A stretch of DNA of 64,000 bases, from IMG/VR virus record IMGVR_UViG_3300009509_000015, positions 11,361 to 75,360 of that record; one strand, 5' to 3'. Under the pieces are notes generated by a model that saw nothing but the letters and a program-made list of their open reading frames with translations, had not been told where the DNA came from and ran no database searches. The translations under genes were made by a program, and so were the position numbers. Source of the DNA: a virus. Shown here piece after piece: positions 55,059-63,753 of this stretch (its first letter is position 1; each line of letters opens with the position of its first letter).

Positions 55059-55401
55059 GAGGTTAGCCATATTGAATGGGCTGGACTTATATCGTAGCGT
55101 ACAGCGTATGCTAGTAATAGACCGTGATGACGGAAGCTGTGTTATCTGCTGGTTTAAACATGGCAGGATGCGCAAAGCAAACGAGGTTCATCACGTTTAC
55201 GGAAGAGGAAAGAAAGCTGGAGACTGGAGGGAGCAATACACTCGTTTAATGTGTGTATGTAAAGAGTGTCACATGCAAGCGCCTCCTGCTCAGGATAGAC
55301 ACAGCAAGCAAGCATGGGTAATAGAGTTATTAGATAAAGCTAATAAAGAACCTATTAATCCTAACTTTGAACACCAATATGAGTATGACGACTATGACTG
55401 A
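55048..55401 (+). CDS. HNH endonuclease-like protein
   Basis: RDDGSCVIC...EVHH....LMCVCKECH; start uncertain. Confidence 0.75.
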   Translation: MIDERLAILNGLDLYRSVQRMLVIDRDDGSCVICWFKHGRMRKANEVHHVYGRGKKAGDWREQYTRLMCVCKECHMQAPPAQDRHSKQAWVIELLDKANKEPINPNFEHQYEYDDYD

Positions 55402-55705
55402 TAAAACTTGGAAAGCAGCAGAAAGACAAATAGCAAGGATATTTGGCGGTCAGCGTCGTGGTGCAGACTATAAGAAGAAAGATGGTGGGGGAAAGTCTGA
55501 CATAATACTTGATGGTTGGTCAATAGAAGTTAAGCATAATAAACGCCCATTTTTTCAACTCATGTTTGATGCTGCTGTGCAAGCTGAAAAAAATAGAGAA
55601 AGTCCAACTGACATTCCCATAGCAGTTATACATAAAGCAGGAACGCCTTATAAAGATTCCTTAGTAGTAATGAGGATAGAGACTTTCCAAGATTTCTTTG
55701 TATAA
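55367..55705 (+). CDS. PD-(D/E)xK nuclease, Holliday junction resolvase-like
   Basis: WKAAERQIA..FGG.R...SDI....SIEVK...QA. Confidence 0.75.
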   Translation: MNTNMSMTTMTDKTWKAAERQIARIFGGQRRGADYKKKDGGGKSDIILDGWSIEVKHNKRPFFQLMFDAAVQAEKNRESPTDIPIAVIHKAGTPYKDSLVVMRIETFQDFFV

Positions 55706-55728
55706 CCTAAATATAATAATGACAGACC

Positions 55729-55761
55729 TGTGCGGTTAGTTGAGAACTCCCGCACTTTTTT
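55729..55761 (+). terminator. intrinsic terminator upstream of RNR
   Basis: GTGCGG...CCGCAC followed by T6. Confidence 0.6.
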
Positions 55762-55795
55762 GACACTATATTGACGTATTGAGGAGGATACGATC

Positions 55796-57685
55796 ATGGA
55801 TAATTGGTTTGATAACGTATTTGCAGAAGAGGTTTGGAAAAAGAAATATGCAGGGGAGTTCTCTGATATTAAAAACTTCTTTGGTAGTTTGGCTGAGCGT
55901 GTTGCTCAATACCCACTACAGAAAACAGACTTTTATAATATGATGTACTATAAAAGGTTTTCCCCTGGTGGAAGGATACTAGCATGGGGAGGTAGACCTG
56001 ATGCTAGAATCTCGCTCATGAATTGTACTACACATAGTATTGAAGATGACTCGTTACGTGCTATTAGCACAGCTACGGAAAAGGTCATGAAAGCTAGTAG
56101 CAGGGGTCAAGGCATTGGCATTGATTTGTCTAAACTTAGACCATATGGCGCACCAGTAAATAATGCAGCAGTGGAATCAACTGGTGCGGTTTCATTTATG
56201 GAGCTAATTAATAAAGCTGGAGAAATCATCGGGCAAGAGGGTAGGCGTGCTGCTCTTTTGTTTAGTTTAGATGTTGACCATCCAGATGTATGGCGCAATG
56301 GTTCTGATGATATTGTATGTCATAACTGTAATGGTAATGGGTGTATGAAGTGTCGTGGTACTGGACACCTATCCTATGATTTTATTAATATAAAAAACCT
56401 CCCTGGAAAAGTCGAAGGTGCTAATATATCTGTAAATATAACAGACGAGTTTATCAAGGCTGTTAAGAATGATGATGTATGGGAGCTTAGGTTCGATGGT
56501 GATAATTCTAAAGGCAGCTTTGTAGTATCACGAGAAGTTCCAGCAAAAGAATTATTTAGCGCTTTAGCTTATTCAGCTTTTGCATCTGCTGAACCTGGGG
56601 TGCTGTTTGTAGATAATACAGCACGCATGTCTAATTCCGATCTATTTGGATCACGTTGGAAAGTAGTAGGTGTTAATGCCTGCTCAGAACAATTGCTAGA
56701 CCAAGAGGGTGTATGTAATTTAGGTTCACTAAATCTAAGTGCATATGTGCTCGATCCGTTTACTAGTAAGGCTAGGTTTGACTACGATCTATTTCATTCG
56801 GACATTGATAATGCAATTAAGTTTTTAGATAATGTACTAGATATAGAACTTGAAATGGGTAACTATATTAGCGACACGCAGAGAGCATCAATTGAGTACC
56901 TAAGAAGGATAGGTTTAGGAGTTATGGGCTTTGCAGATACTTTAGCGATGATGGGTTTACCATACAATATTGACAACAAGGAGACAGCCGACTTTGTTGA
57001 AAAGGTGTTTGGTTTGCTACGTGATACATCCTATGCTACGTCTGTTTCATTAGCAAAAAGAAAAGGTGTAGCTAAAGTATGGGAAACTAAAGATAAATGG
57101 CAACGTGCCAAGCTGGTTGAAGAGGCTTTCTTTGGAACGTTACCTAGATACCTTAAAGAATCTATTATTGAGTATGGTACTAGAAATATTACCTTGCTTA
57201 GTGTAGCACCTACAGGATCAATATCAAATCTATTTGGTGTATCCTCTGGTATAGAGCCTTTGTTTGCTAAGTCTTATATAAGACGCTATAGAATAAATGG
57301 GCATGAAGAGTTTGTTGACTACGTTCATCCAGCAGTAGAAAAGGCTATAACAGCAGGTAAATCAGACACACTTTGGGATACTGCATATGAGGTATCTCCT
57401 ATGGATCACATAAAAATGCAGGCTGCAATCCAAAAGTATATTGATCAAGCAATAAGCAAAACAACTAATATGCCAGAAACATCTACATCCTTAGATGTTG
57501 AAGAGATATATTTAAACGCATACGATCTAGGCATAAAAGGTTTGGCAGTATACGTTAATGGTAGTAGAGAAAAACAAATTCTATACCAAAGTGACCAATG
57601 CCCCGAATGTAGTGATGGCGGGAACGTTGTACGAGAGGATGGCTGCAAGAAATGTTTAACATGTGGATGGTCTGTTTGCACTTGA
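55796..57685 (+). CDS. nrdJ: ribonucleotide reductase, probably class II (B12-dependent)
   Basis: FSPGGRIL, NC, GQGIG, NACSEQ, CNLGSLNL, APTGSIS, C-terminal CxxC..CxxC; no beta-subunit gene in window. Confidence 0.9.
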   Translation: MDNWFDNVFAEEVWKKKYAGEFSDIKNFFGSLAERVAQYPLQKTDFYNMMYYKRFSPGGRILAWGGRPDARISLMNCTTHSIEDDSLRAISTATEKVMKASSRGQGIGIDLSKLRPYGAPVNNAAVESTGAVSFMELINKAGEIIGQEGRRAALLFSLDVDHPDVWRNGSDDIVCHNCNGNGCMKCRGTGHLSYDFINIKNLPGKVEGANISVNITDEFIKAVKNDDVWELRFDGDNSKGSFVVSREVPAKELFSALAYSAFASAEPGVLFVDNTARMSNSDLFGSRWKVVGVNACSEQLLDQEGVCNLGSLNLSAYVLDPFTSKARFDYDLFHSDIDNAIKFLDNVLDIELEMGNYISDTQRASIEYLRRIGLGVMGFADTLAMMGLPYNIDNKETADFVEKVFGLLRDTSYATSVSLAKRKGVAKVWETKDKWQRAKLVEEAFFGTLPRYLKESIIEYGTRNITLLSVAPTGSISNLFGVSSGIEPLFAKSYIRRYRINGHEEFVDYVHPAVEKAITAGKSDTLWDTAYEVSPMDHIKMQAAIQKYIDQAISKTTNMPETSTSLDVEEIYLNAYDLGIKGLAVYVNGSREKQILYQSDQCPECSDGGNVVREDGCKKCLTCGWSVCT

Positions 57686-57710
57686 CAAACTACCTATTTA
57701 ATGGTATAAT
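57682..57710 (+). promoter_or_regulatory. sigma70 promoter
   Basis: TTGACA-N17-TATAAT with TG extension. Confidence 0.85.
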
Positions 57711-57738
57711 ACCTCGGTAAACTAAAAGTGGAGGTGTT

Positions 57739-58371
57739 ATGAACAAAGGAACAAAAACTAAAACTGTGGGATTCGTGTCGTTTCTCATAATGCTAGGAGC
57801 ACTGCTTGCTTTCGAGATCGTTAACTTCAGTACTACAGAGCACGTGCTTCTTGGCATTATGGGCAGAGACAACTTTCTTACACTATCGGTTGCTACATGG
57901 TTAGCGATTGCTTTCTGTGCAGCAGACTTTGGTGGTCTGTCAAGAATGTTTACAGAGGAGTCTAACTTCAAGAAAGAAAAATCAGGCGTTAAGCTTATGA
58001 CTGCTGTGTGGTTATTAGCTGCATCGTTTAATGCTGCATTAACTTACTGGTATGTTTCACAAGTTATGACTGCAAACGCTAGTTACATCCCCCCATTATT
58101 TAGGGGCAATGCAGACAATGTAGCTATTGGAGCAGCTATCTTTGTGCTACTAACTAGGTTTATCTTGGTGTCTTCATTTGCACATATGATGGACGTTGGT
58201 GGCTTGAACATTAGTTTACCAAGTATGCCAAAGTTACCGTCAAGAAAAAAAGCACAAGGCGGGGGTTCTAGTAGGAGCTATAGTTCTTCACCTACTGGTG
58301 AAACAAGAGTTACAGGACTTCCGCAGTCTTTTATTGCAGCTATTGAGGAAGACTCCCCAAAAGTGCTGTAA
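57739..58371 (+). CDS. 4-TM membrane protein
   Basis: ALLAFEIVNFSTTE...LAIAFCAADFGGLSR.FT.E...WLLAAS.NA.LT; disordered S/G/P tail. Confidence 0.75.
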   Translation: MNKGTKTKTVGFVSFLIMLGALLAFEIVNFSTTEHVLLGIMGRDNFLTLSVATWLAIAFCAADFGGLSRMFTEESNFKKEKSGVKLMTAVWLLAASFNAALTYWYVSQVMTANASYIPPLFRGNADNVAIGAAIFVLLTRFILVSSFAHMMDVGGLNISLPSMPKLPSRKKAQGGGSSRSYSSSPTGETRVTGLPQSFIAAIEEDSPKVL

Positions 58372-58541
58372 CACCAGTTAAGGAGAAGAAGAAGAAAAAG
58401 AAGAAAGATTCAAGGGATAATATCTTCGACAGGTTTAAAGAAAGCTGGTCTATCAATAAAGAAAAGCCTAATAAGGAATTAGCTGGTGAGTTTGGAGTTT
58501 CGGAAAGAACTATCTACAGATGGAAAAACCAATTAACATAA
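58356..58541 (+). CDS. start-less -1 frame extension: poly-Lys linker plus HTH
   Basis: C CCA AAA heptamer at 58356-58362; -1 frame reads ...NKELAGEFGVSERTIYRWKNQLT*; no ATG/GTG/TTG in frame. Confidence 0.7.
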   Translation, partial: PKSAVTPVKEKKKKKKKDSRDNIFDRFKESWSINKEKPNKELAGEFGVSERTIYRWKNQLT

Positions 58542-58549
58542 GGAGAGGC

Positions 58550-58771
58550 ATGGCACAGGTACAGGTGGAAGTAAAAGCAACAAGATATGGGAGTGTGAGG
58601 TTACTGGGGCAAACGTTTTATTATGATGAACGTTCGGAGTATACTCCTCAAACTGCTGCTCAAGCAAAACTATTTCAAGAACTAATTGATACTGCTGAGG
58701 GCAGACAGCGCAGGAAACTAACAAAGCAAGAAGTAATTAGGATCATAGAACTAACTGAAAAATATGGATAA
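58550..58771 (+). CDS. hypothetical protein
   Basis: AGGAGAGG SD before ATG 58550. Confidence 0.6.
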   Translation: MAQVQVEVKATRYGSVRLLGQTFYYDERSEYTPQTAAQAKLFQELIDTAEGRQRRKLTKQEVIRIIELTEKYG

Positions 58772-58955
58772 GCAGACCACAACGATAAGAACATTACTAA
58801 ATACGCAGTCTGGCATAGCACATTTTGTAAGCGGAAATAAAACATTATGTGGGCTTACCATTGATCATAAGTTTCTTCATGTTAAAACCATAGCTCGTTT
58901 GTGTGATGTGTGCAAAATAAAGATGCCTGGGCACACAGTCTATATACAAAAATAA
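58764..58955 (+). CDS. small Cys/His protein
   Basis: H...TLCG...CDVC. Confidence 0.55.
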   Translation: MDKQTTTIRTLLNTQSGIAHFVSGNKTLCGLTIDHKFLHVKTIARLCDVCKIKMPGHTVYIQK

Positions 58956-58978
58956 AACCCCCTACTTGGGGGTTTTTT
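58954..58978. terminator. bidirectional terminator
   Basis: AAAACCCCC-TACTT-GGGGGTTTT. Confidence 0.75.
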
Positions 58979-59195
58979 CTTCTGGATATTTAACCCTAAA
59001 ACCTAGATACCAAAAGATTGTAGCTAGTAATAACGTTGCTATAGGTACAACCCATGCTTGTGATGCGTGCCAATACCCTATAGAGTATCCAAAAAATAGC
59101 ATAGCAACGCTATAATAAAATGTTTTTGTTATTGTTGCATTAAGTTTGTCTAATAGTAATTGTGTTCTTTGATAATAGAAGTCATCATCTTTCAT
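58962..59195 (-). CDS. 2-TM membrane protein
   Basis: Two hydrophobic segments. Confidence 0.55.
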   Translation of the reverse strand: MKDDDFYYQRTQLLLDKLNATITKTFYYSVAMLFFGYSIGYWHASQAWVVPIATLLLATIFWYLGFRVKYPEEKTPK

Positions 59196-59650
59196 ATTTC
59201 CATCTCCAATTGATTGTACTCATCTAAGTATTTTTCCAGCTTGGTTGACAAAGTAATGTCTAGGTCTTTATAAACATTAACTACGTCGAAAGCTTTAGCA
59301 GCTACAAGAAGGTCTTTAACATCCTTAGTGGGCACAAGAAAATCTAGATGATCATGAATGATTAACCACATAACCACGCTCTTATCATCATAGGCGTGCA
59401 ACTCTTTTTCACGAATCGTAACATCATTTGTTATTTTCTTTGTACTTCCATCGTATGCTTTTATTGCTGCCTGTGTTATTAGATTTCTAGTTCTAGCAAG
59501 CCTTGCATTTATATTGTTAATTTTTTCAACAAGTTCTACATACTCTTTCTCTGCTTCAAGCTCAGCTTTTCTAGCTTTAGCTTTATCCAGGGCATCCCTG
59601 TTTCCAGCAGTGTCAACAATTAGATCGTGTATTAAATTAAGATAATCCAT
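59192..59650 (-). CDS. coiled-coil hypothetical protein
   Basis: N-terminal coiled coil. Confidence 0.55.
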   Translation of the reverse strand: MDYLNLIHDLIVDTAGNRDALDKAKARKAELEAEKEYVELVEKINNINARLARTRNLITQAAIKAYDGSTKKITNDVTIREKELHAYDDKSVVMWLIIHDHLDFLVPTKDVKDLLVAAKAFDVVNVYKDLDITLSTKLEKYLDEYNQLEMEI

Positions 59651-59651
59651 T

Positions 59652-60665
59652 TTAGTACTCCTTATAAATATACCATGCTGGTTTAGGTACGCTCTTCCAA
59701 ACTAGGTCGGTATTTCTCCAACCATTGTTAGCAAGAGTGTACCACCTGATAAATACTATTTCATTATCATAAGCTTTTTCCAGCAAGTTTTTCAAATATA
59801 CTGCCTGCTCTTTTTCGACAGCAGGATTAGAACAATCATACCATGCGTCCTCACAGGAATAACTTGTCTCAGAAAGCTCTAATGGTTTATCTGTTAATGT
59901 CCTAGCAAAATTAGCTTGTATAAACGGGTAGCTTGTCAAACCACTACTAGGCCATCCTGGGTAAGCATGGAAAGAAAAACGATCAAACATTCCATACTTA
60001 GCAAATCCAGTAGCAAATTTTTTATGGCGGTCATTATACATACTAAACATTAACTCACCGCCAACTATTGTCATGTTTGGATGAGCCTCTTTTATTATTG
60101 GGTAAATATGTGCCATGAACTTACCAAACTCTTCACCCCCAAAATACTCCGCATTTAAATCCCCCCAACAACCAATGTAATAATCCATACCATTACCAAG
60201 TTCTTCTGGTGCAGGCTCAGGCTCATTCCAAATACTTATTGTATAAGGATCATACCGATCTAATACTTCGATTACCCTTTGAGCATATGCAGTATAATAC
60301 TCTGGTTTAGGAGGAGAGCACTCTTTATCTGGATATACACGCCATTCTACTGGAGCATTTTTAATCTGTATAGTATACTGCAATCCATGCTTTTCTATTT
60401 CACCGATTGCCATATCAGGTCTATCCCAACTAAGATCACTGAATGTTATATACGTGCCAATTATTCCCCCTGGTTTAGCGAATTTAAAATCTGGATCATC
60501 CTTTCTGATACCTTCTAAATATGCAGCAAGAACTACCTTTGGATACCTATTATAAACTATTGGAAGGTTTACTGTAAACTTTTCTTCTACTAACGGTGCT
60601 GGTGTAGGTTTTATAACAGAACAGGCAGTTAATAAAAGAAGTAAAATCAGGATTAATTTTTTCAC
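59652..60665 (-). CDS. lipoprotein glycoside hydrolase, clan GH-A (GH39/GH5-like)
   Basis: GGAGG SD then GTG; lipobox LTAC; IWNEPE, SFHAY, LSETS. Confidence 0.8.
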   Translation of the reverse strand: MKKLILILLLLLTACSVIKPTPAPLVEEKFTVNLPIVYNRYPKVVLAAYLEGIRKDDPDFKFAKPGGIIGTYITFSDLSWDRPDMAIGEIEKHGLQYTIQIKNAPVEWRVYPDKECSPPKPEYYTAYAQRVIEVLDRYDPYTISIWNEPEPAPEELGNGMDYYIGCWGDLNAEYFGGEEFGKFMAHIYPIIKEAHPNMTIVGGELMFSMYNDRHKKFATGFAKYGMFDRFSFHAYPGWPSSGLTSYPFIQANFARTLTDKPLELSETSYSCEDAWYDCSNPAVEKEQAVYLKNLLEKAYDNEIVFIRWYTLANNGWRNTDLVWKSVPKPAWYIYKEY

Positions 60666-60666
60666 C

Positions 60667-60722
60667 TTGACCTCCATGAACTATTATGGTATAATTATAC
60701 CACATATCCATAAAAAAGGAAA
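60667..60722. promoter_or_regulatory. overlapping oppositely oriented promoters with palindromic -10 region
   Basis: TGGTATAATTATACCA palindrome; + strand TTGACC-N17-TATAAT; - strand TTTCCT-N17-TATAAT. Confidence 0.7.
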
Positions 60723-60731
60723 GGGTTAAAC

Positions 60732-60890
60732 ATGAATGAATGGAGATATACAGACGTTATTAATAGCTGTAGAGACTTATGGCAGTTTGGGCAGGATGAA
60801 ACTTCTGGGGGTTGCTGTGCCATTATACTGTTATTAGGGTTTGCAGGGTTTATTAGCTTTTGTTTTATAGCAGCTTTACTAGGAGTGTAA
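60732..60890 (+). CDS. 52-aa membrane protein (below ORF-track cutoff)
   Basis: MNEWRY...IILLLGFAGFISFCFIAALLGV*. Confidence 0.55.
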   Translation: MNEWRYTDVINSCRDLWQFGQDETSGGCCAIILLLGFAGFISFCFIAALLGV

Positions 60891-60891
60891 T

Positions 60892-61098
60892 ATGGAGCCT
60901 GATCCAAAAGGTGGTACACAACCAATAGGGGAATTAGTATTAAAAGATGTACAAGATAGAATAGACCTTGGCTTAAAAAGGTATGGAACTTTACTTAAAG
61001 CTGATAATGGTCGAAGAGCTTTGTATGATGCTTATGATGAGGTGCTCGATCTAGCAATGTATATAAGACAAGAAATCTACGAAAGGTATGGTGAATAA
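60892..61098 (+). CDS. MazG-like all-alpha NTP pyrophosphatase-type protein
   Basis: R..LG.KRYGT.L...NGR.AL.DAYDE.LD.AMY. Confidence 0.55.
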   Translation: MEPDPKGGTQPIGELVLKDVQDRIDLGLKRYGTLLKADNGRRALYDAYDEVLDLAMYIRQEIYERYGE

Positions 61099-61262
61099 TG
61101 AATCTACCAAGAGTGCTTATAAAAGGACTACTCGCAGCATTTACGGGTGCTGTATTTATGATAGTCCTTGGAGACTACTTTGATCTATCAGAGTTTTGGA
61201 GAACTGGAGTTTTTGTATTAACAACGTTTGCTTGGTGGAGTGTTTTACTGGAGAACGAATAA
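61098..61262 (+). CDS. 54-aa 2-TM protein (below ORF-track cutoff)
   Basis: TAATG coupling at both ends; MNLPRVLIKGLLAAF... Confidence 0.55.
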   Translation: MNLPRVLIKGLLAAFTGAVFMIVLGDYFDLSEFWRTGVFVLTTFAWWSVLLENE

Positions 61263-61600
61263 TGGATAGCTTTTTAGGAACGCTTATCGTGTATATCTGT
61301 ATTATTCCTGCCACATTTATTCTAGGTGGATTAGGAATTAAAAAGGTTTTAGAGGTAGTCGGCGCTCTTAAAACTGAAGATATGTATGTAGAAGTACCAC
61401 AGGTTTTATATACAGAAGATGTTGTTGGTGCTGGAATAGAGGCATACCAAAGAACCTTACCTACTGGAGCAAGCAGAGTTAATCAGAAATTAGTATTAAT
61501 GTGGGATACTAAAGTGCCAAGAGCTTATGCAGAAAGGCGCTATCGTGAAGAAATAGAGGAGTATGGTGCTAGTGTAAATGTATTTATAAAGGAGTTTTAA
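61262..61600 (+). CDS. membrane-anchored hypothetical protein
   Basis: N-terminal TM segment. Confidence 0.55.
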   Translation: MDSFLGTLIVYICIIPATFILGGLGIKKVLEVVGALKTEDMYVEVPQVLYTEDVVGAGIEAYQRTLPTGASRVNQKLVLMWDTKVPRAYAERRYREEIEEYGASVNVFIKEF

Positions 61601-62386
61601 ATGAGCAATTTGTTAATTATACTAATTACGCTTGTTTTGCGTCTAGATATATTGTGGAACAAGCTACCAGAAAGACCAATGGATATGACTAAGGCTGCTG
61701 CTGTAGCCTTAGTTGACGAATTAGATCAGTACTATCCAGACAGTAACCCATTTGATCCTGAAGTTTATTTTGATAGTATTAGTGGAGCACCTCCTGGGTG
61801 GATAGCAGCAACAGCAGTACAAAGGGGCTTTGGTTGTACATCATCTATGGTTCTTAATGTAAATTTAGCATATGAAACCCACCCGTTCTATAATACACCA
61901 CTATGGGTATCTACTATAGCTCATGAGTTATATCATGTAAAGCAAGGAGCAGCATGTTTAATGCCAGAGCAAACAGTAGAAAATGCTGCTAGTATTGCTT
62001 CTCACGTAGCATTATATAATGCTTGGAGAGATGGTAACAGCCTAGCTTATTACGGATTGTTGTATAGTTTGCGCAGAGAATTTACCTTAGCTGCTGCCGA
62101 TCTAATGCTACAAGAAGACCGTGATCCTAATGAACTGTTTGATAGAATGAAGCTAACAACCAGCGAACGAGCATACTTTGATAAAGCTGTATCAAATCCT
62201 AGCAAGTTGAGCAACCAGGGAAATCTTTATTGGACAGCCTTTGCTACACAGCTATTAACAGATGAAGACGGAGTATTTAGTAATCCAGCGTATGTTGAAG
62301 AGGTTGATACTAGTGAGCTAGCAGCATGGATATTAGGTTTAAAAACAAACCCAAGAATAATAAGACACGGTAGATACCAAAGATAA
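61601..62386 (+). CDS. putative zinc metallopeptidase
   Basis: TIAHELYH..Q...E..A; hydrophobic N-terminus. Confidence 0.6.
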   Translation: MSNLLIILITLVLRLDILWNKLPERPMDMTKAAAVALVDELDQYYPDSNPFDPEVYFDSISGAPPGWIAATAVQRGFGCTSSMVLNVNLAYETHPFYNTPLWVSTIAHELYHVKQGAACLMPEQTVENAASIASHVALYNAWRDGNSLAYYGLLYSLRREFTLAAADLMLQEDRDPNELFDRMKLTTSERAYFDKAVSNPSKLSNQGNLYWTAFATQLLTDEDGVFSNPAYVEEVDTSELAAWILGLKTNPRIIRHGRYQR

Positions 62387-62443
62387 CTGTAACAAAATAG
62401 CGTTTACTACGTTTATCTATATATAGACTCCTAGGAGGGAATC

Positions 62444-62962
62444 ATGAAGATAAACCGTATTGTGAACGCTATCCTTATTTCTTTTTTGTTTATTCTTGCT
62501 GCTGTTGTTATGGTTAATGCACACAGCACATACGCAGCAAATATGAAATGCCCCAAGAATAAAGTCTGTTTCATTGCTGAGCATGAAGTCACACACGAAA
62601 AGGCGTGTAGATTTAATGCGAATAAACCCTGGCAGTGGGTGTTGGAGAATGGTAAGAAAATAAAGTGCGGTGAAGACGAAAAACCTAAGCCCTCTCCTAC
62701 CCGCAGACCACCTAATCCAACACCTAAGCCAACAGATGTTCCTGATCCTACAGAGAAGCCTAAGCCAACAGATGCTCCAACTGAACCTGCTGATCCTGTA
62801 GTAACAAAAGAGAAGGGAAATCCTACGCCAACAGTAGCAGTAATACAACCTACAGTAATAGTAGAAAAGTGTGATTGGTGTGATTTATTTAGACGTTTTG
62901 TGGAAGCCCACGAACGGCAAGCCGACGCACTAGAGGGGATAGAAAAAGAACTAGCTCGATAA
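62444..62962 (+). CDS. secreted Pro/Thr-rich protein
   Basis: Signal/TM segment, Cys-containing domain, KPTD.P repeats. Confidence 0.7.
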   Translation: MKINRIVNAILISFLFILAAVVMVNAHSTYAANMKCPKNKVCFIAEHEVTHEKACRFNANKPWQWVLENGKKIKCGEDEKPKPSPTRRPPNPTPKPTDVPDPTEKPKPTDAPTEPADPVVTKEKGNPTPTVAVIQPTVIVEKCDWCDLFRRFVEAHERQADALEGIEKELAR

Positions 62963-63004
62963 GAGCTAGTTTTTCTTTTACTCACACTGAGTAAACTTTT
63001 TGTT

Positions 63005-63184
63005 TCAGTATTTTGGGGGTTTAGTATTTACTGGTAGCCATGTTTCTTTAACATGGTGGGGATAATATTGCTCATGCTTTGTACATCGTGTACAACGGCG
63101 ACGTATATCCATCTTAGGCGATCCTAGTTCCACGTTAACATAGTAGTGGTAGTTGTGCTTTCCTAACTTACACATTGTATCCAT
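63005..63184 (-). CDS. 59-aa Cys/His protein (below ORF-track cutoff)
   Basis: MDTMCKLGKH...RCTRC; overlaps nucleotidase stop. Confidence 0.5.
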   Translation of the reverse strand: MDTMCKLGKHNYHYYVNVELGSPKMDIRRRCTRCTKHEQYYPHHVKETWLPVNTKPPKY

Positions 63185-63753
63185 CAGTATGCCTCTATGT
63201 CAACAATATACTGTATAGTATCGAACACATTTCTAACACGTACGATCTTACGGCGATCCTGCTCAAGATTCCAAGGGATATATTTATTGTGTGGTCGGTC
63301 TACCAGAAACACAACACTACACACTTTAGATAGTGCAGCAGCATTTGTAGCACTATCTTCTAGAAATACTGCTATGTTGAACTGCTTAGCGATCTTAGCT
63401 TTATCAGGATTAAAGATAAGTGCCCTCTCACTTGGGAACCCATTTTCCCTTAACCAAAAATTAGTAACGCTCACCAGATTGTGCGTAAGCGTTCTAGCAG
63501 TAACAAAGTATGGTGTATGTCCTAAATCCACCAGAAAACGCACAGAGGCAGCAGCATACTTGAAGGGGGTTACGTTTCTATAAGTTTCTGGATCAGCAAC
63601 AACCTCGTCACATATCTCTTTAGGGGCATTAGATTGATCGTGTAGAAACCATTTACTCTCATCATGAAAAGTATATCCCTTATCCTCCAGTATCTTCTTC
63701 ATTGTGCTATGCGTATCAGCTACCACACCATCTATATCTATTCCTATTCTCAT
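63184..63753 (-). CDS. HAD-family 5'(3')-deoxyribonucleotidase (NT5C-like)
   Basis: IGIDIDGVVAD, VTAR, K, FLEDS, RPHN. Confidence 0.85.
   Translation of the reverse strand: MRIGIDIDGVVADTHSTMKKILEDKGYTFHDESKWFLHDQSNAPKEICDEVVADPETYRNVTPFKYAAASVRFLVDLGHTPYFVTARTLTHNLVSVTNFWLRENGFPSERALIFNPDKAKIAKQFNIAVFLEDSATNAAALSKVCSVVFLVDRPHNKYIPWNLEQDRRKIVRVRNVFDTIQYIVDIEAY

Noticed and set aside
55700-55780. NrdR boxes upstream of the RNR gene
   Set aside because: Only partial matches (AACCTAAATATAATAA, ACACTATATTG) in AT-rich DNA; not distinguishable from chance.
19552-57685. Inteins or group I introns in polA, terL or nrdJ
   Set aside because: The proteins are continuous and of normal length, with no C...HN-C/S/T splice motifs.
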